Source: Octopus vulgaris
Lineage: Eukaryota
Length of the DNA: 64,000 bases
Reading direction: 5' to 3'
Assembly (NCBI GenBank): GCA_951406725.2
Contig: OX597827.1
Coordinates: 80,352,001 to 80,416,000, forward strand
Part shown: in pieces, positions 14,009 through 26,893 of the stretch
How the letters are laid out: every line of letters begins with the position of its first letter
How positions within the stretch are numbered: position 1 is the first letter of the stretch
Notes under the pieces: model-generated
Told to the model about the DNA's origin: nothing
What the model saw: the letters and a program-made list of their open reading frames with translations, nothing else
Database searches by the model: none
Position numbers and translations under genes: made by a program

Positions 14009-14189
14009 TGGCTCTATTTCTGTGATTTCTAATCTTTACTCCTGTGAACATATAAAGAAGTCTAACTAAATTTTCAATTCAACATTACAATCCTCAAGAA
14101 GTTATTTCACCAAGAAAATAATTCATAATTACAAAGATGTACTTGCATAGCAAGTGACCTGATCTGAGATTGTGTGCTGAAACAAAAAC

Positions 14190-14388
14190 AATTGCAGCGT
14201 GGAAGGTGTTTATAAGCCATTTAAGAACATACAGAAACCATTAGATTCACTTCAACATTTAAATTTAATTTGCCAAAATATTTTTGTTACTTTGAGACTG
14301 CGACCTGTTCACTGACAAAATTCCATGCTGTAGATGCAGCAAGGGATTTTTTTAAATGGCTTCTAAACACCTTCCATGCTGCAATAAT
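14190..14388. mobile_element. Short element with ~33-bp inverted arms
   Basis: ttgcagcgtggaaggtgtttataagccatttaa ... ttaaatggcttctaaacaccttccatgctgcaa. Confidence 0.6.
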
Positions 14389-16637
14389 TCATAAGCAGAT
14401 AATAAATTTAAATGACATAAAAATCTCAACCCCAGTCTTTATCAGTGTGAACATAAAGCAATTAAATATATATGACTCAGAAATGATATTAAGACATTTA
14501 TAACACGATACAGATAAAATATTTTAAAGAATATGTTTATCCATTAATAGTTAATAGAATGCTGAAATGAAACTTACCTCAAATTATATATTCACGTCGA
14601 TTGGAATTTTCAATAAATGAGCTTAACCATTCCATTATCCTGTATCAATGGTATTTTGTTGGTGCAACAGAAATTTAAATCAGTTATTTGATGCTAATAT
14701 TTGCGTGTCACCTTCTCTTACTCTGGACCTTGCATTTTAAATGTGATTATGTATTTGACATGTAATTACTAAGATATAAATTGTTTTTATGAAATATTAC
14801 CAAATGAGTGTTTTCTGATATAAGGAGGTGTGTGTGTATGTATGTATGTATGTATATATATAGGGTGAATTAAATAAATTATGTTATTTTATTACAATCC
14901 TTTATATCCATTACAAGATCTCACTGGATCAAAATTTGCTTTCCATTTTTCTTCTGGTTGATGATATAAGTGTGTACCGGGGCCAGTTAAAAACTTCTTA
15001 TTTATAAGAAAACTCCAACAAATAGAATGTGAATGGTAGACAAATATTTAAATTTGCTGTATCAAGAATACTTTCCTTGTATTCTGATACTTTTTTCTAA
15101 AAAAAATATCATTTTTTAAAAATGTTATCTATGTATGAACATTATTTTTTTTTCACAGAAATATTTCTGAAGTAGCAAGAACTTAATGAACCATGTCAAA
15201 AATAAGTTTTATTACAACTAAATTTACCCTGGTAGCTTATTAAAACATTTAGTTTGAGAAGTTTGAGTTCAGCTTCTTTTTTAAGAGAGCACATACATAT
15301 AAACATTTACAAATACAAGTATACCCCCAACAAAATAGACATAGTTTCTCTTTTTTTGGAGTTGGGGAATTAATGTCACAATATCAATAAATACAAATAA
15401 TTTTAGTTTCCCCTTTTCTCAAAGGGAAAACTTGATAAAGAAAGCTTGTAAAGAGTCCTCTTCAACGATAGTTCTTATTGAGATAAAAACAGTTTCAAGA
15501 AAACATAACTCAGTGCAAAGGAATACTGAGATAACGGAAAATAAAACAATAAGCCTCAAGATATAAAAGGTTGTGTTTTTGAAAGTAGCAATCTTTAAAG
15601 CTATTTTTGTTCTTTGTTATGCCTAGGATATGGGTAAATTGTAGCAGACGTGAAATATTTACATTGTTTGACTTGTCATGGTTTTGAAATTAAAGTTCCA
15701 CTCAAATATTATGCAACAAAATTTCCATTATGTTATCTACATGTTAATTAATAGACTGGGGGCAGATTTGTTTTCATGATTGCTACATGTTTCAAGTCTG
15801 TCTTTTGGTGGTGACTCTTATTCAAGGCTGCTGCTTAATGTAGGTTCCAGTCCCTGAAATGAACCAATGAAATGTTTTAAAGCGTAAATTTCAAATCAAA
15901 TTAAAATTTTATTGAAATACAAAGTCTGAATAGTTCCAGTAATAAAATAACAAAACATTTAACAAAAAAAAACTATTGGAAATTTTGCTTTTCATATAAA
16001 ATACATGATGTTATTTGAAAATAGCTAAACAGTTGTAAGATGTTCTGTTGTGTCTGGGAAAGTCATTTTCCTTTTGTGCCTTACACAGACACAACAGAAT
16101 ATGCTTCAACACACGAACTCATATAAAGAATCTTGCAAACCAAATCCAAAAAACGAAGTAGTAAGATGAGATTTGAATTAAGTTAAAACATTAATAAAAA
16201 TGATATTAAATGATTATCACAACAGCTAATTAGTAACATTAAATCCAACCTGTCGTTAAAAAAAAAACAAAAACTGCCCACCAAACTCACTTCTCAGTTA
16301 TTTCCTGATAGTATTTCATGTTGACTTCATTTGAACCTGTTACTGTCCGTTTGAGTTGTCAATGTGTCTTTTCCTTTCTTGTGCTGGTGGCATTAATAAA
16401 ATGCAATCTGTTAAGTGTGGGACCAGAGGATCCTTTCAATCTTGTAGAAGACATGGCAACTTCCCTAGTGCTGGTGCCAAGAGAAAATGCCTTTTTGTAC
16501 ACTCTGTAAAGTAGTTGGTGTTAAAAAAGGGTATTTAACCATGGAAGACCCAGTCAGCCTATCTCTGCATGGAAACGGAAATGTGTAACAATCACGATGA
16601 TGATAGATATTTACAAGGGCATTATTAAATTACTTAC

Positions 16638-19350
16638 TTGAAATTTTGAGTATTTCTCTATGAAGTTGAAATTTCCCACCCTTGGGTATTGGCCCTATTG
16701 AGTAGAGAGTGAATCAGATGGGGTGTCAGAAGTCAAAGCTGAATAATCTTCTACAGCATCATCATTAGAGTTTACTAAAACTGGTCGGCTGCACTTCTGT
16801 TTAAAAATATAGCAAATGATTAGTAAGGAAAATTATCAATTCTAATCAAAGGAAATTGGAGAAAAATTTTAGTCAAATATGTTTGTAAAAATAAATTTTT
16901 TAAATTTTGTATCAATTTAAAAGTTACTGTCAAGAAACGGTTCTTACCAATAAAAGTTTGGGTAAAGTTCTGCTTTGAACTTTATATTTGTTCTGTAGCT
17001 GACCTTCTGCTTAACATTCACTCTTGGATCTCTCAGAATAGATATTCCGCTTCACCATCTCTTCTGCATTCCTCGACATAGCAACAGAAGTGTTAGTCTG
17101 TTACAACAATTGTTTCATCTCTGCTCTACCTTGGTAGGCTGTATTCTTTGTGGCAGCAGCTGTGTTATCTCTGTGTTTAATACATTTCATAATACACAGC
17201 GTTATAGAAACAACAATAGCCACTGATATTATTACTGCTGATGATACAATGATAATAACCCATGTCATATGGACCCGACCTGAAGATTGTAAAGGTCCAC
17301 TTTTCGACATTGGTGATGTCTCGTTACTAACAGCCAATACCAAAGTGACACTAGTTGTTGACGACTGAACTGGACTACCACTGTCCTTCACAACAAACAC
17401 CAGCTCATAACTTCCAGCATCATTTAGATAAACTTGTCTGGAGAAGGATAAAGCACCACTGTGTGAGTTCATACTAAACAACTGTTTATCATTTCCTTGT
17501 ATGATTGCATATCTGAGGAAAGCATTGTTTCCACTGTCCCCATCAGAGGCTCTCAAAACTGTGATGTCACTCTTACTCTGCGGATGGTACTGCACATTTA
17601 GCGTGTAAGGGTCACTACTAGGATATGTAAAATACGGAGCATTGTCATTTTGATCAAGAATCTCAACAACAACATTCGCTGTGTCATTCAGAGATGGGCT
17701 TCCATTATCTTTGACAAAAACCTCAAACTTATACACATCTTGTTTCTCTCTGTCCAATGACATGGTTGCTGAAATGAAGCCATAACTGGTGATGAGAAAT
17801 GGGAGATTGGATTTTTCTTTACGCAGCAGAGAATATGTGAGTTGTCCAGCAGATTCAAGATCAGGGTCAGTGGCATTGACAAAACCAATAGGGAAGTCTT
17901 TATCTTTGTTTTCGTAGGTGAGGAATTGGAATGTATCTTTGGTAAACTGTGGTTGTACATCGTTGATGTCAGTCACTTGGATAGAGAGGCTTTTAACACT
18001 TTTAAGAGGAGGTAATCCTTTATCTTGACAGGAGACAGGAATGTTATAGTGTCCTTGTGTTTCTCTGTCCACTGGTTTGTTTAGAATGATTTTATATTCT
18101 TTAGATCCCATTGACTGTAGTTTGAATGTAACATGTTTGACATTACAGCTGACCTCTCCATTTTGTCCCACATCATTGTCAGTGACCATCACATAAGCAA
18201 TGAAACTACCAACTTTGATGTCTTCCAGAATGGTAGCTGTGTTGTGATTCTGTGTAGAAATAAAGTTCACATCAATATTTGGAGGATTGTTGTGTTGGTT
18301 GATGACATTTACTGAAACTGTGGTTATAGAACTGAGAGGTGGCTTATCTCCATCTCTGGCCTCTATAAACAGTTCATAAGTTGTCTTTCCATCTGATTTT
18401 CATTATTTAGTTGAAAATATTTCTCTAGTGTTTTCATTTAGATCCAAATATCCCTTTGCTTGGCTGGGAGCATTGGGGCTGAAATGATATGTAACTTTAC
18501 CATTTTCTCTGGGATTAGTATCTGTCTCTCATAAAACAAGTTTCTTTTTTGTCTTAATCTGTTCTGATTGAAATATTATAAAGAAATTTTGTGAACACAG
18601 GAATATTGTCCTTTAGTGTGATTACAGCATCTAAAGAACTTTCTTGAGGAGCAGCTCCTCCATCTTTAGCTACGATTCATTCAGGTATCATAACTGTCTC
18701 TTATTTCAATATCTACTGGTTTTTCAAAGGCAATTCTTGACAAATGATATGTCATCTGTTCTTTTAGAAATTGCCAAAGAAAATACTTTGTTGTGATTTT
18801 AAAAAAAATGTTTGTAATAAATGACTTTTGCATCTCCACATCCTTAACTATGGTGTTTGGTATTGATAACTGAAGTCTCTCGCCATCACTTTCTAAAAAC
18901 TAAATACTGACTTTCTTAACAGAGAACTCAGGCTGATGGTCGTGAATGTCTTGTAGAATAACTTTGAAATTAAGTGTTTCTGTAAAAGGTTTGGCTTTGT
19001 GCACAATAAATTTAATATTTCTAGAACATTCTTTATTATATATACAAAATGGCTCTGCATAAGGTTTTTGAATTTTGTGTCATTCCTTTGCTCGTTAGAA
19101 AGTGGAGTAAAATTATGTTTTGGTTGATTACATGTTATTAATTGTTGTTCTGAAGATTTGATATCCAAGAGTTTTGAGTTGGCATCTGTGTCTGCTGCAT
19201 AAGTTCCAAGTCTTCTTTCTTCTTCTTCAGCCTTATAGATAAAGTCTGTAGCATGATACTTTTGTAAGAAGAGTATTAAGAAGGCCAATGACAGAAATAT
19301 GTTGCTTGCAGCAGTGATAATGATGAAAGGGATCAAATTGAGAATATTAT
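16638..19350 (-). pseudogene. Protocadherin pseudogene psi-E (large exon 16948-19350; tail exon 16638-16796)
   Basis: Start codon reads ATA at 19298-19300 (CAAC ATA TTT CTG TCA vs CAAC ATG TTC CTG TCA in A/B). EC1-EC3 carry many frameshifts and stops. EC4-TM (~16985-18240) is almost identical to the intact genes but has TAC>TAA (17101-17103) and TAT>TAA (~17012). Tail exon KCSRPVLVNSNDDAVED has a TAG. Acceptor at 19351-53, donor at 16947. Confidence 0.9.
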
Positions 19351-20290
19351 CTGCAACGAAAACAAAACCATGTTAAAATATAACACACTGCACTTTCACA
19401 AAAAAAAACAAAAAAAAAAAAGAAATGTAAATGTTGAACTTTGAGATTATTTACTCTATAGAAAACTGAAAACTGTCTGCTAAAAGGTTTACATTAACTG
19501 TTCCTTAGATAAATAGACTTATAGGGGTTCATCAATTTGAACATTATATGAACTAATCCTGCTTTTAGATATTTTGTTTAGAAAGCTTGTTTTGCCTTAA
19601 CTGAGCAAAACTAAGATGACAAACATTCCAATTATGACCATCTCTTCCTTTTGTATATCTAGGATTATCTAGGTTCAAATAGGCGTTCAATTTTTTAAAG
19701 GCAGTGAGTGTTATTTGAGGGATATATGGCAGCTATTTTTGGCAAATTATGAGACCTATATGCATTAATTATCATTTTACAACTATAAACATTTGTTCAG
19801 TCTTGATTGTATAGATTAGTTTTTAGTATCTGGTTCATATATTTACAATTTAAGGATGTGTTTCCTTGAAGTTTGTCAAATATTTTTCAAATAGCTTCAT
19901 GCAGTTCAGGTTAGGATATTAAAGTAATTCCTAATTACAATTAAAACTTTGACAGGCAGGTCTGAAGGGATTCTATCAAATGCTAGAGCTGAGATGAAGC
20001 AGATATATCCGATGTACAGAAAGGGAGATGGAAGGGAACCTCAGTCAGTTTCTTCACAACCAAAGAATATAGATAAAAATTATTCTCATAGACTAATAGT
20101 ACATTTGTAGGTTAAGTAGGTACATTGTTGGTAGAAAAATGGATAAAATAATTAGTCTTAGCCTAATCATAGGCAACAGAACAGCAGCAGTTATTTCCAC
20201 AAATGTATGCTAACCAGGGCTGACAGACGAGCATAAGAATAATTTCAACCAGGAACTCATGCACACTGCCTCAATAATGAAAGGAAGCAA

Positions 20291-20506
20291 GGTGGTGAGC
20301 TGGCAGAAACGTTAGCACGCCAGGCAAAATGCTTAGCAGTATTTTTTCTGTCTTTACATTCTGAGTTCAAATTCTGCTGAGGTCGACTTTGCCTTTCATT
20401 CTTTCAGGGTCAATAAATTAAGTACCAGTTGCGTACTGGGATCACTCTAATCGACTGGCCCCCTCCCCCAAAATTTCGGACCTTGTGCCTTGAGTAGAAA
20501 AGAATA
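20291..20506 (+). mobile_element. tRNA-derived SINE (family 2)
   Basis: ggtggtgagctggcagaaacgttagcacg...gagttcaaattc...gactttgcctttcat...taagtaccagtt; related copies at 25576 and 56354. Confidence 0.8.
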
Positions 20507-21869
20507 ATGAATGGCAGCAACCTTGTTAACGAGGCTGATACCTTTACTGTATATACACCTGTCTATCTGAATAGCAGTTCCCTCGGTTGTGTCCCCTTGG
20601 GCTGGTTACTCTCTCTCTCCCTCCCACAAATTTACCAGCAACCTCTTGTAGTAACATTTCCATCAAGCTTCTTTTTTTGGCAGTGTTGCTGACAGCAAGT
20701 GCACTGCTATCCTTTTGCATACACTCCCTCGACAACATATCAATTTGCAATAACATATTGCTTACATATCAAGAAAAACTTCCCATTCCTCATCCTCTGC
20801 TGAGCAAACCTTACTTTCAGCTTCCATCATTATGAGTAGCTTCTTTTATAGACATCTGACGTTGCTTATTGCTCTTGCCCTTCCTTTAGTCTTTCCAAGC
20901 TTGGATATTGCCCAAACAATAGAAAAATCAAGGCTCAGTGGGGTTCTGTAATGCAAATGACTTAGTGATTTGCAACTTTAATATGAAGAAGCTTACTTGC
21001 CACCTGCCAGGTAAAAATGCAAGCCATATGACTTGATGCTTAGTCGGAAACAAGATGGATAGGCAACATGGATTAGTGATTAGTGACCTCACAAGAGCCT
21101 CCATGAGAAATATAACAAGGTGGAACAAAACAGTTTTTAAAGAGAGGAGCCCTGTAGATAGTCATGTATGTATCCTTGGCTCACCAGAGCTCAGATTGGC
21201 CCTGATTTCAGGATAAGGACTAAACAGCTCAAAGGCACGAAGATAATGTAGAGAATGAATGTATGGAAATTGAAGGATTCCTCAATCAGTTGTAGGTTTG
21301 AAAAACATATTGAGCAACATGTAGGATGAAAAGGAGAAGCTTACAGAGGTTGAGAGAGATTCTCTATTGGCCAGCTTGCTGTGAGCTATAGACCAAATCT
21401 GTCAATGGAACAAGGTTCCAGTTTGGTGGACAGTGACATGGTAGTAGAACTGTACGGCAGTATTAGATAGCATCATAAAAGCTAACAGATAAGCCTGGAA
21501 ATATTGAACGAAAGTGTGTGGGGAGTGGGGGAGATAGCAACAAACAACATTAGGTTTGATATAAAAGAAGCTAGATGTCTGGTACAGATTTGAAAGCCAT
21601 GGGTCAGTACGAAGATGGTGTTGTGGAAAAGTGTGTATGGAATGATAATATGCAAATGTTATATAATTTAAATTTGCTTTATTTCTTTTTTATGTACTTA
21701 AACACTGGAAATAATAGAATATATTTGAAGATGTTAATATATGAAATGAAAATGGGAAAATGAAAAGTCCTAATTATGAGACTAAAATATAATTAAAAAA
21801 TTTACAATGGTAATTTTAAAAAATATTTCTTATATCACTGAAAAAATAAACCAAAACAGATCTTATTCA

Positions 21870-22200
21870 GGAGTAAAGATTGTTTGCCAACATAACATGG
21901 CAGTCCTGGTTTAGGATGAATGTTGCTGTAATTCAGCCCCGGGAGACATCGTCTCCAGTTGGCTATACAACCCGATCTGTGTCCTTATATTTTTGAACAA
22001 GGGAATCTAGCACACCCACTCAGCTCAAAACAATATTTGCATATCACGATTTCCGGGTTATTTCCCTTCATCAGCACAGAATAATTGTTTGGCAAGAGGT
22101 GACGCTGCCAAATTCCTGTTCGAAATGTATAGTTTCCAAAGTGACAACCAGTCACTGAATATCTCACGTTGTGAGATTTACAAATAGTAATTTTCTTATT
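21870..22200. mobile_element. Second copy of the 210-553 repeat
   Basis: 21870-22100 aligns directly with 267-500; 22156-22198 is the reverse complement of ~211-254. Confidence 0.7.
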
Positions 22201-22819
22201 CATAGATCTTATATTGTTATTTTGCAAGTAAGAAATCCAATATTTTGCCATATTTAAAAATTGGATAACAATTTTTTTCCATGATCCTTGATATGAATAA
22301 TATAATTACAGAATTCCTTTTAGGTTTACAAAAATAAAGCCAATATCTGATATCCCTATTGTCATTAACCTTACATCAAGGACTCTAGAAAATTCTTCAG
22401 TCTAAGTTCAGTCAAGTGCATGCAACAGGATTCTGCCATTTACATTCAATGTCTGAGAGCTAAAAATTCCAATTCATTCATCACAAGATGTCACTGGAAC
22501 TTTCCAGACTCTACTCAAAATGTTTATGCCCCAGCCTATGCCACTTAGCTAATATTCAAAATATCTCTTGATATTTTATATTAAATAGTTTATTCTATAA
22601 ATCACAAACAATAATTAACAAATTACATGATATTCAAACCGAGTGAAATGTTTCTAAACCTAAAATAGTGTCATAAGCATCATATTTTGCTTACATAAAC
22701 ATACTAAGCATACTTTAGTAAAAATATATATAAATACAAAAAATCAACAGCAAAATGTAGAAAGGATGATTATGTGTGAGACAAAATACAATAGAAAATT
22801 AATTTAATAATTCAACCTA

Positions 22820-23310
22820 TTGAGGCAAGTGAAATCAAAATCGCTGACGTGGCTGATGGCAGTACTGCCCGATTGGTACTCGTGCCAGTGGAACGTTAAA
22901 AGCACATTGAAGTGTGATCATTGTCAGGGCCACAGATTGGCTCCTGTGCTGGCGGCACATAAAAAGCACCATTCGAGCGTCATCGTTGCCTCACTGGCAC
23001 ATGAAAAACAGCATTCGAGCATGGTCATTGCCAGTGCCGCCTGACTGGCTCCCATGCAGGTAACATGTAAAAAAAATACCTTTTGAGCGTGGTTGTTGCC
23101 AGAACCGCCTGACTGGCTCTTGTGCCGGTGGCATGTCAAAGCACCCACTACACTCAGTGGTTGGCATTAAGAAAGGCATCCAGCTGTAGAAATTGTCAGA
23201 TCAGATTGGAACCTGGTGTAGCCTTCTGGCTCACCAGTCCTCAGTTAAACCATCCAACCCATGCCAGCATGGAAAGCGGACTTTAAATGACGACAATGAT
23301 GACGATGATG
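22820..23310 (+). mobile_element. RTE-LINE 3' UTR / RTE-tailed SINE
   Basis: Tandem gcc(a/g)gtggca..taaaagcacc units, then ccaacccatgccagcatggaa and a (GAT)n tail. Confidence 0.8.
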
Positions 23311-23468
23311 AATTAAAGATTCTCACTTTGTGCAATGATTATTGCACAACAGATACTGGACATTTGCCGATTATGTAAACATAGAACAATTTATATATTT
23401 CTTTGTCCAAACAACGAAAATGTTTTATCAGCAAAATATGAAAACTTGAAAGATGTAACTAAACTTAC

Positions 23469-23600
23469 ATGTTTTGTTTTATGATTGACCCTGCCACTTG
23501 AGGTCAACCAGTTCATTGTAACAATTGCTACTACTACTGCTGTTGCTGCTGGGTCTTTACTGCTCTAACAACAGCTTTACGATGATCAACCAGAGAGGAG
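23469..23600 (-). promoter_or_regulatory. Putative decayed leader exon/promoter of psi-E
   Basis: Donor AT|GTAAGT at 23468, in the position equivalent to the other leaders; only weak traces of the shared motif (ttcattgt...gctg...acaacagctttacgatgat). Confidence 0.35.
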
Positions 23601-24174
23601 CCTGCTACAACATTTCATTTGGTTGAATGTGTGTGTATGTGTGTGAGAGAGAGAGAGTTACTACTTGAATTCTATGCTCTTGCTTTTTTTTCCTCTATCT
23701 GTATAAATGCTAAGTAGCTTGTAGAAGACAAAGTGAAGTACAGAGAATCTAAATGTAAAATAATGGAATTTTAAACTGACTTTGTTTAGAAAGGAAAGCA
23801 AATTTTGAAGGAAATAAAATATCATCAAAGGGCTCTTATATCCTATGGTTGATGTAAAATTAAATATTTGTTATCAAAATGTAACTCTCATGTGTTTCAT
23901 AACTTTAACTAAATAATAGCAATAAAATTTGTCAGTGATCAAGAATTAATCACACAACAAAGAAATTTGCTTTAAAAATAAGTCTAACTTTAAATATTTC
24001 AAGAGGCATCAAAATGATTCAGCCTACAGTTTTGCTTGCCAAAAGTGAACCACACCATGGAGATATCAATTCAAAATGGTACCAGTTTCATAAATTAGTG
24101 ACTTTGAATTAACAGTATATGATAATAATACATTACGTGAAAGTATTTTTAATTCTATATTACAAGATAGAGTA

Positions 24175-24361
24175 TATATATGCATGTGTGTGAGCCTATC
24201 TACCTACCCACCTGTGTGTATATATACATATATATATACACACACATACATACATATAAATACACACACACATACATACATATAAATACACACACACATA
24301 CATATAAATACACACACACACATACATATAAATACACACACACACATACATATAAATACAC

Positions 24362-24415
<54 letters not shown>

Positions 24416-24520
24416 CTACACATATATACACATACATACATATAAATACACACACTCACACACATAAACATGCACACACACACACACACATGTATGTATG
24501 TATGTACTTATATATATATA
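24175..24520. repeat. Compound CA/TA micro/minisatellite (unit ~ (CA)n-TACATATAAATA)
   Basis: Directly visible; it generates the low-complexity HTY/VCM ORFs in the track. Confidence 0.95.
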
Positions 24521-25302
24521 CTGGATGGAGTGGCTGGATCTGTTTACTTATTAATATCATTTCTAACATTGGAGCAACATAAACAGTTGAGTACTGAACT
24601 AAATGACTTTTGGCATTTATTTTGGTCTTTTCATGTTCTAAGTTCAAATCCTAGGCTGGATTTTGTCTTTCATTTTCCTGAAGTGTATAAAATAAATACA
24701 AGTAATGTATTAAGTCTATTTTATGATTTAGCAGTCCTTGCATGAAATTTTTGTCTTTTTTTAGACAAATATTAACCCTGATGAAACGCATATGCTTAAA
24801 AGTGAATTTTTATAAATTCACGAGTGGATATGAATTGAAACAAATTGTAGGATTGATATTTGTTTTAATTATTTATATTATAATTATATTATATAATAAT
24901 GTTAATAAATTTTTAATATGTCAATTGTATTTCTCTATTTCCTTTAATATTTATATATTGAAATTATACCATTTTAAGTTCAGATTTTTTCGCTACTATC
25001 TTGTGGTATTTAACTGAAGAACCAGTGAAAATTGGATGTTTTCCATCCCATTGAAGGAAAGTGTTTTTCCTTGGATTGATTTATATGTACACACATATAG
25101 CTATGCATACACACACACACACACATATATTTAAGTACACTAAAATTGCCTATCTTAAAAAATCTAGTAGTCTTGTTTCAGAATGTCTAATGAAAGCTAT
25201 TTGGGAAGATAATTAAAAAGATAAAACTTCACGATGTCAGTTTAAGAATGTTAGAAATAATGTTTGCCTCCCTAAGACAGATAGAAGATAAAATATTATG
25301 TA

Positions 25303-25382
25303 TTATGTGTGTTTTAGATAGGTTTCCTGGTTTTCATCTTTTTTCAATGTACAATCTTCATTGTTTTTGTAGATATTGTTTC
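25303..25382 (-). CDS. Protocadherin D, coding exon 3 (terminal): (G)NNIYKNNEDCTLKKDENQETYLKHT*
   Basis: Polypyrimidine acceptor TTTCTCATTTCCATTTCAG; phase 1 matches exon 2; homologous in length and motifs to exon 3 of A and B. Confidence 0.8.
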
Positions 25383-25575
25383 CTGAAATGGAAATGAGAA
25401 ATATTCAATAGGAACCAATAAACAGAATTGTTTTAATAGCACAAATTGTAAGAGAAGTTATAAGAAAGAAAATGAATCCATTAAAAATATTGATCCCCTA
25501 ACTTATAAATATAAATTCAGTACACTAAATACAAAATATTAATATAAAATTTAAAATGTTAATTATTAGCACATT

Positions 25576-25803
25576 GGCGAGCTGGCAGAATCGTTAGCAC
25601 GCTGGGTGAAATGCTGAGTGGAATCTTGTCTTCTGTTATGTTCTGAGTTAAAATTCCGCCAAGGTCAACTTAGCCTTTCATTCTTTCTGGGGCGATTGAA
25701 TAAGTACCAGTTACGCACTGGGGTCAATGTAATCGACTTAATCCCTTTGTCTGTCCTTGTTTGTCCCCTCTATGTTTAGCCCCCTGTGGTCAATAAAGAA
25801 ATA
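25576..25803 (+). mobile_element. tRNA-derived SINE (family 2) in an intron of D
   Basis: Head ggcgagctggcagaatcgttagcacg and tail gtttagccccctgtggtcaataaagaaata. Confidence 0.8.
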
Positions 25804-26267
25804 AATATTTTCTTAATGATAAATATTCTAAAATTATTAAGTTGGCCAAAGCTTAATCCTTTTTAATCAGTTATTTTAAATAATATCCAGTAGAGCATTG
25901 TTTTGTCAGGAGATCATGGAATGTGTCCTGTTTTGCTGGACCTGTTTCTCCATTACCTTTCTTTGAACTATGGTAGATTTTGAGCATTATACAACAAGCA
26001 ACACTCTAGAACTATCTCTTCAAATGGCAGTTGAGAGTTAAGCTTCTTTCCCATAGGGTTCAATACCAGTGTGAGGATATCAAAAATTAAGATTTTGGTC
26101 AGAGGTTGGCATTGTATTGATGCAGATACTTAAAACTCCTCACATTATTATCTTCATATATTAATAGAGGAGCTATAGTCTATGGTAGAAAACATTCTCT
26201 TCTCAGCTAATTTGACATCCTTTTAAAATATAGATTATAAAATTCATTAAAATAGTTAATATTTGAA

Positions 26268-26425
26268 TCATCATCATCGTTTAACGTCCGCTTTCCATGC
26301 TAGCATGGGTTGGACGATTTTGTCTGAGGGCTGCACCAGGCTCCAATCTTGATCTGGCAGAGTTTCTACAGCTGGATGCCCTTCATAATGCCAACCACTC
26401 TGAGAGTGTAGTGGGTGCTTTTTAC
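26268..26425 (-). mobile_element. RTE tail fragment
   Basis: (CAT)n-cgtttaacgtccgctttccatgctagcatgggttggac. Confidence 0.75.
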
Positions 26426-26575
26426 ATAAATACTATGAATACTATAAAACATTAACAGCAATGTAAAAAAAGATTCTAACACTAATGGTAAATCTAAAAT
26501 TAATATGCTGTTTCAAATTATACATTTAATTAGATAAATGATCAGAACTATTTTGATTTTGATGTTACTAGTCAC

Positions 26576-26738
26576 CTGACATCTCTGGTATTTCTTCATA
26601 ATGTTTCAGATTTCCTACACTGGGTCCATGTTCGTTATTTCGCTGGGAAGACAGTGTTCCTGTCTGATATGTTGATGTCAGACTACTTACTTCAACAGCA
26701 TCATCATTCGAAGTCACCACAACTGGCTGACTGTACTT
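26576..26738 (-). CDS. Protocadherin D, coding exon 2: KYSQPVVVTSNDDAVEVSSLTSTYQTGTLSSQRNNEHGPSVGNLKHYEEIPEMS(G)
   Basis: Acceptor TTTTCATTATACAG, donor CAG|GTGACT, 163 nt, phase 0 to 1, open; homologous exons follow all five large exons. Confidence 0.88.
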
Positions 26739-26893
26739 CTGTATAATGAAAATAAAAGAAATTGAAAAACATTGGATATTTACTCTTAAGATTAAGATTT
26801 ATAAAAAAAATGAAATTAATAATATAAACAATTACACAAACTAATTTTTTATTTCAAACTTAAGACACAGATGTAAAATATCTTAAGACTTAC

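Noticed and set aside
17101-18270. 389-aa ORF as a functional short protocadherin (EC4-TM)
   Set aside because: Starts at GTG, has no signal peptide, ends at a private premature TAA, and its upstream exon part and promoter are decayed.
20520-21530. GC-richer segment that may be an old LINE relic
   Set aside because: No diagnostic motif could be read in any frame, so it is left unannotated.
22860-23150. Regularly spaced ~35-50 bp repeats resembling a CRISPR-like array (also at 41050-41250 and 53920-54150)
   Set aside because: Degenerate tandem units of the RTE 3' UTR; no constant repeat/unique spacer structure, eukaryotic context and no cas genes.
24180-24520. Six overlapping His/Thr/Tyr- or Val/Cys-rich ORFs
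   Set aside because: Translations of a CA/TA microsatellite.
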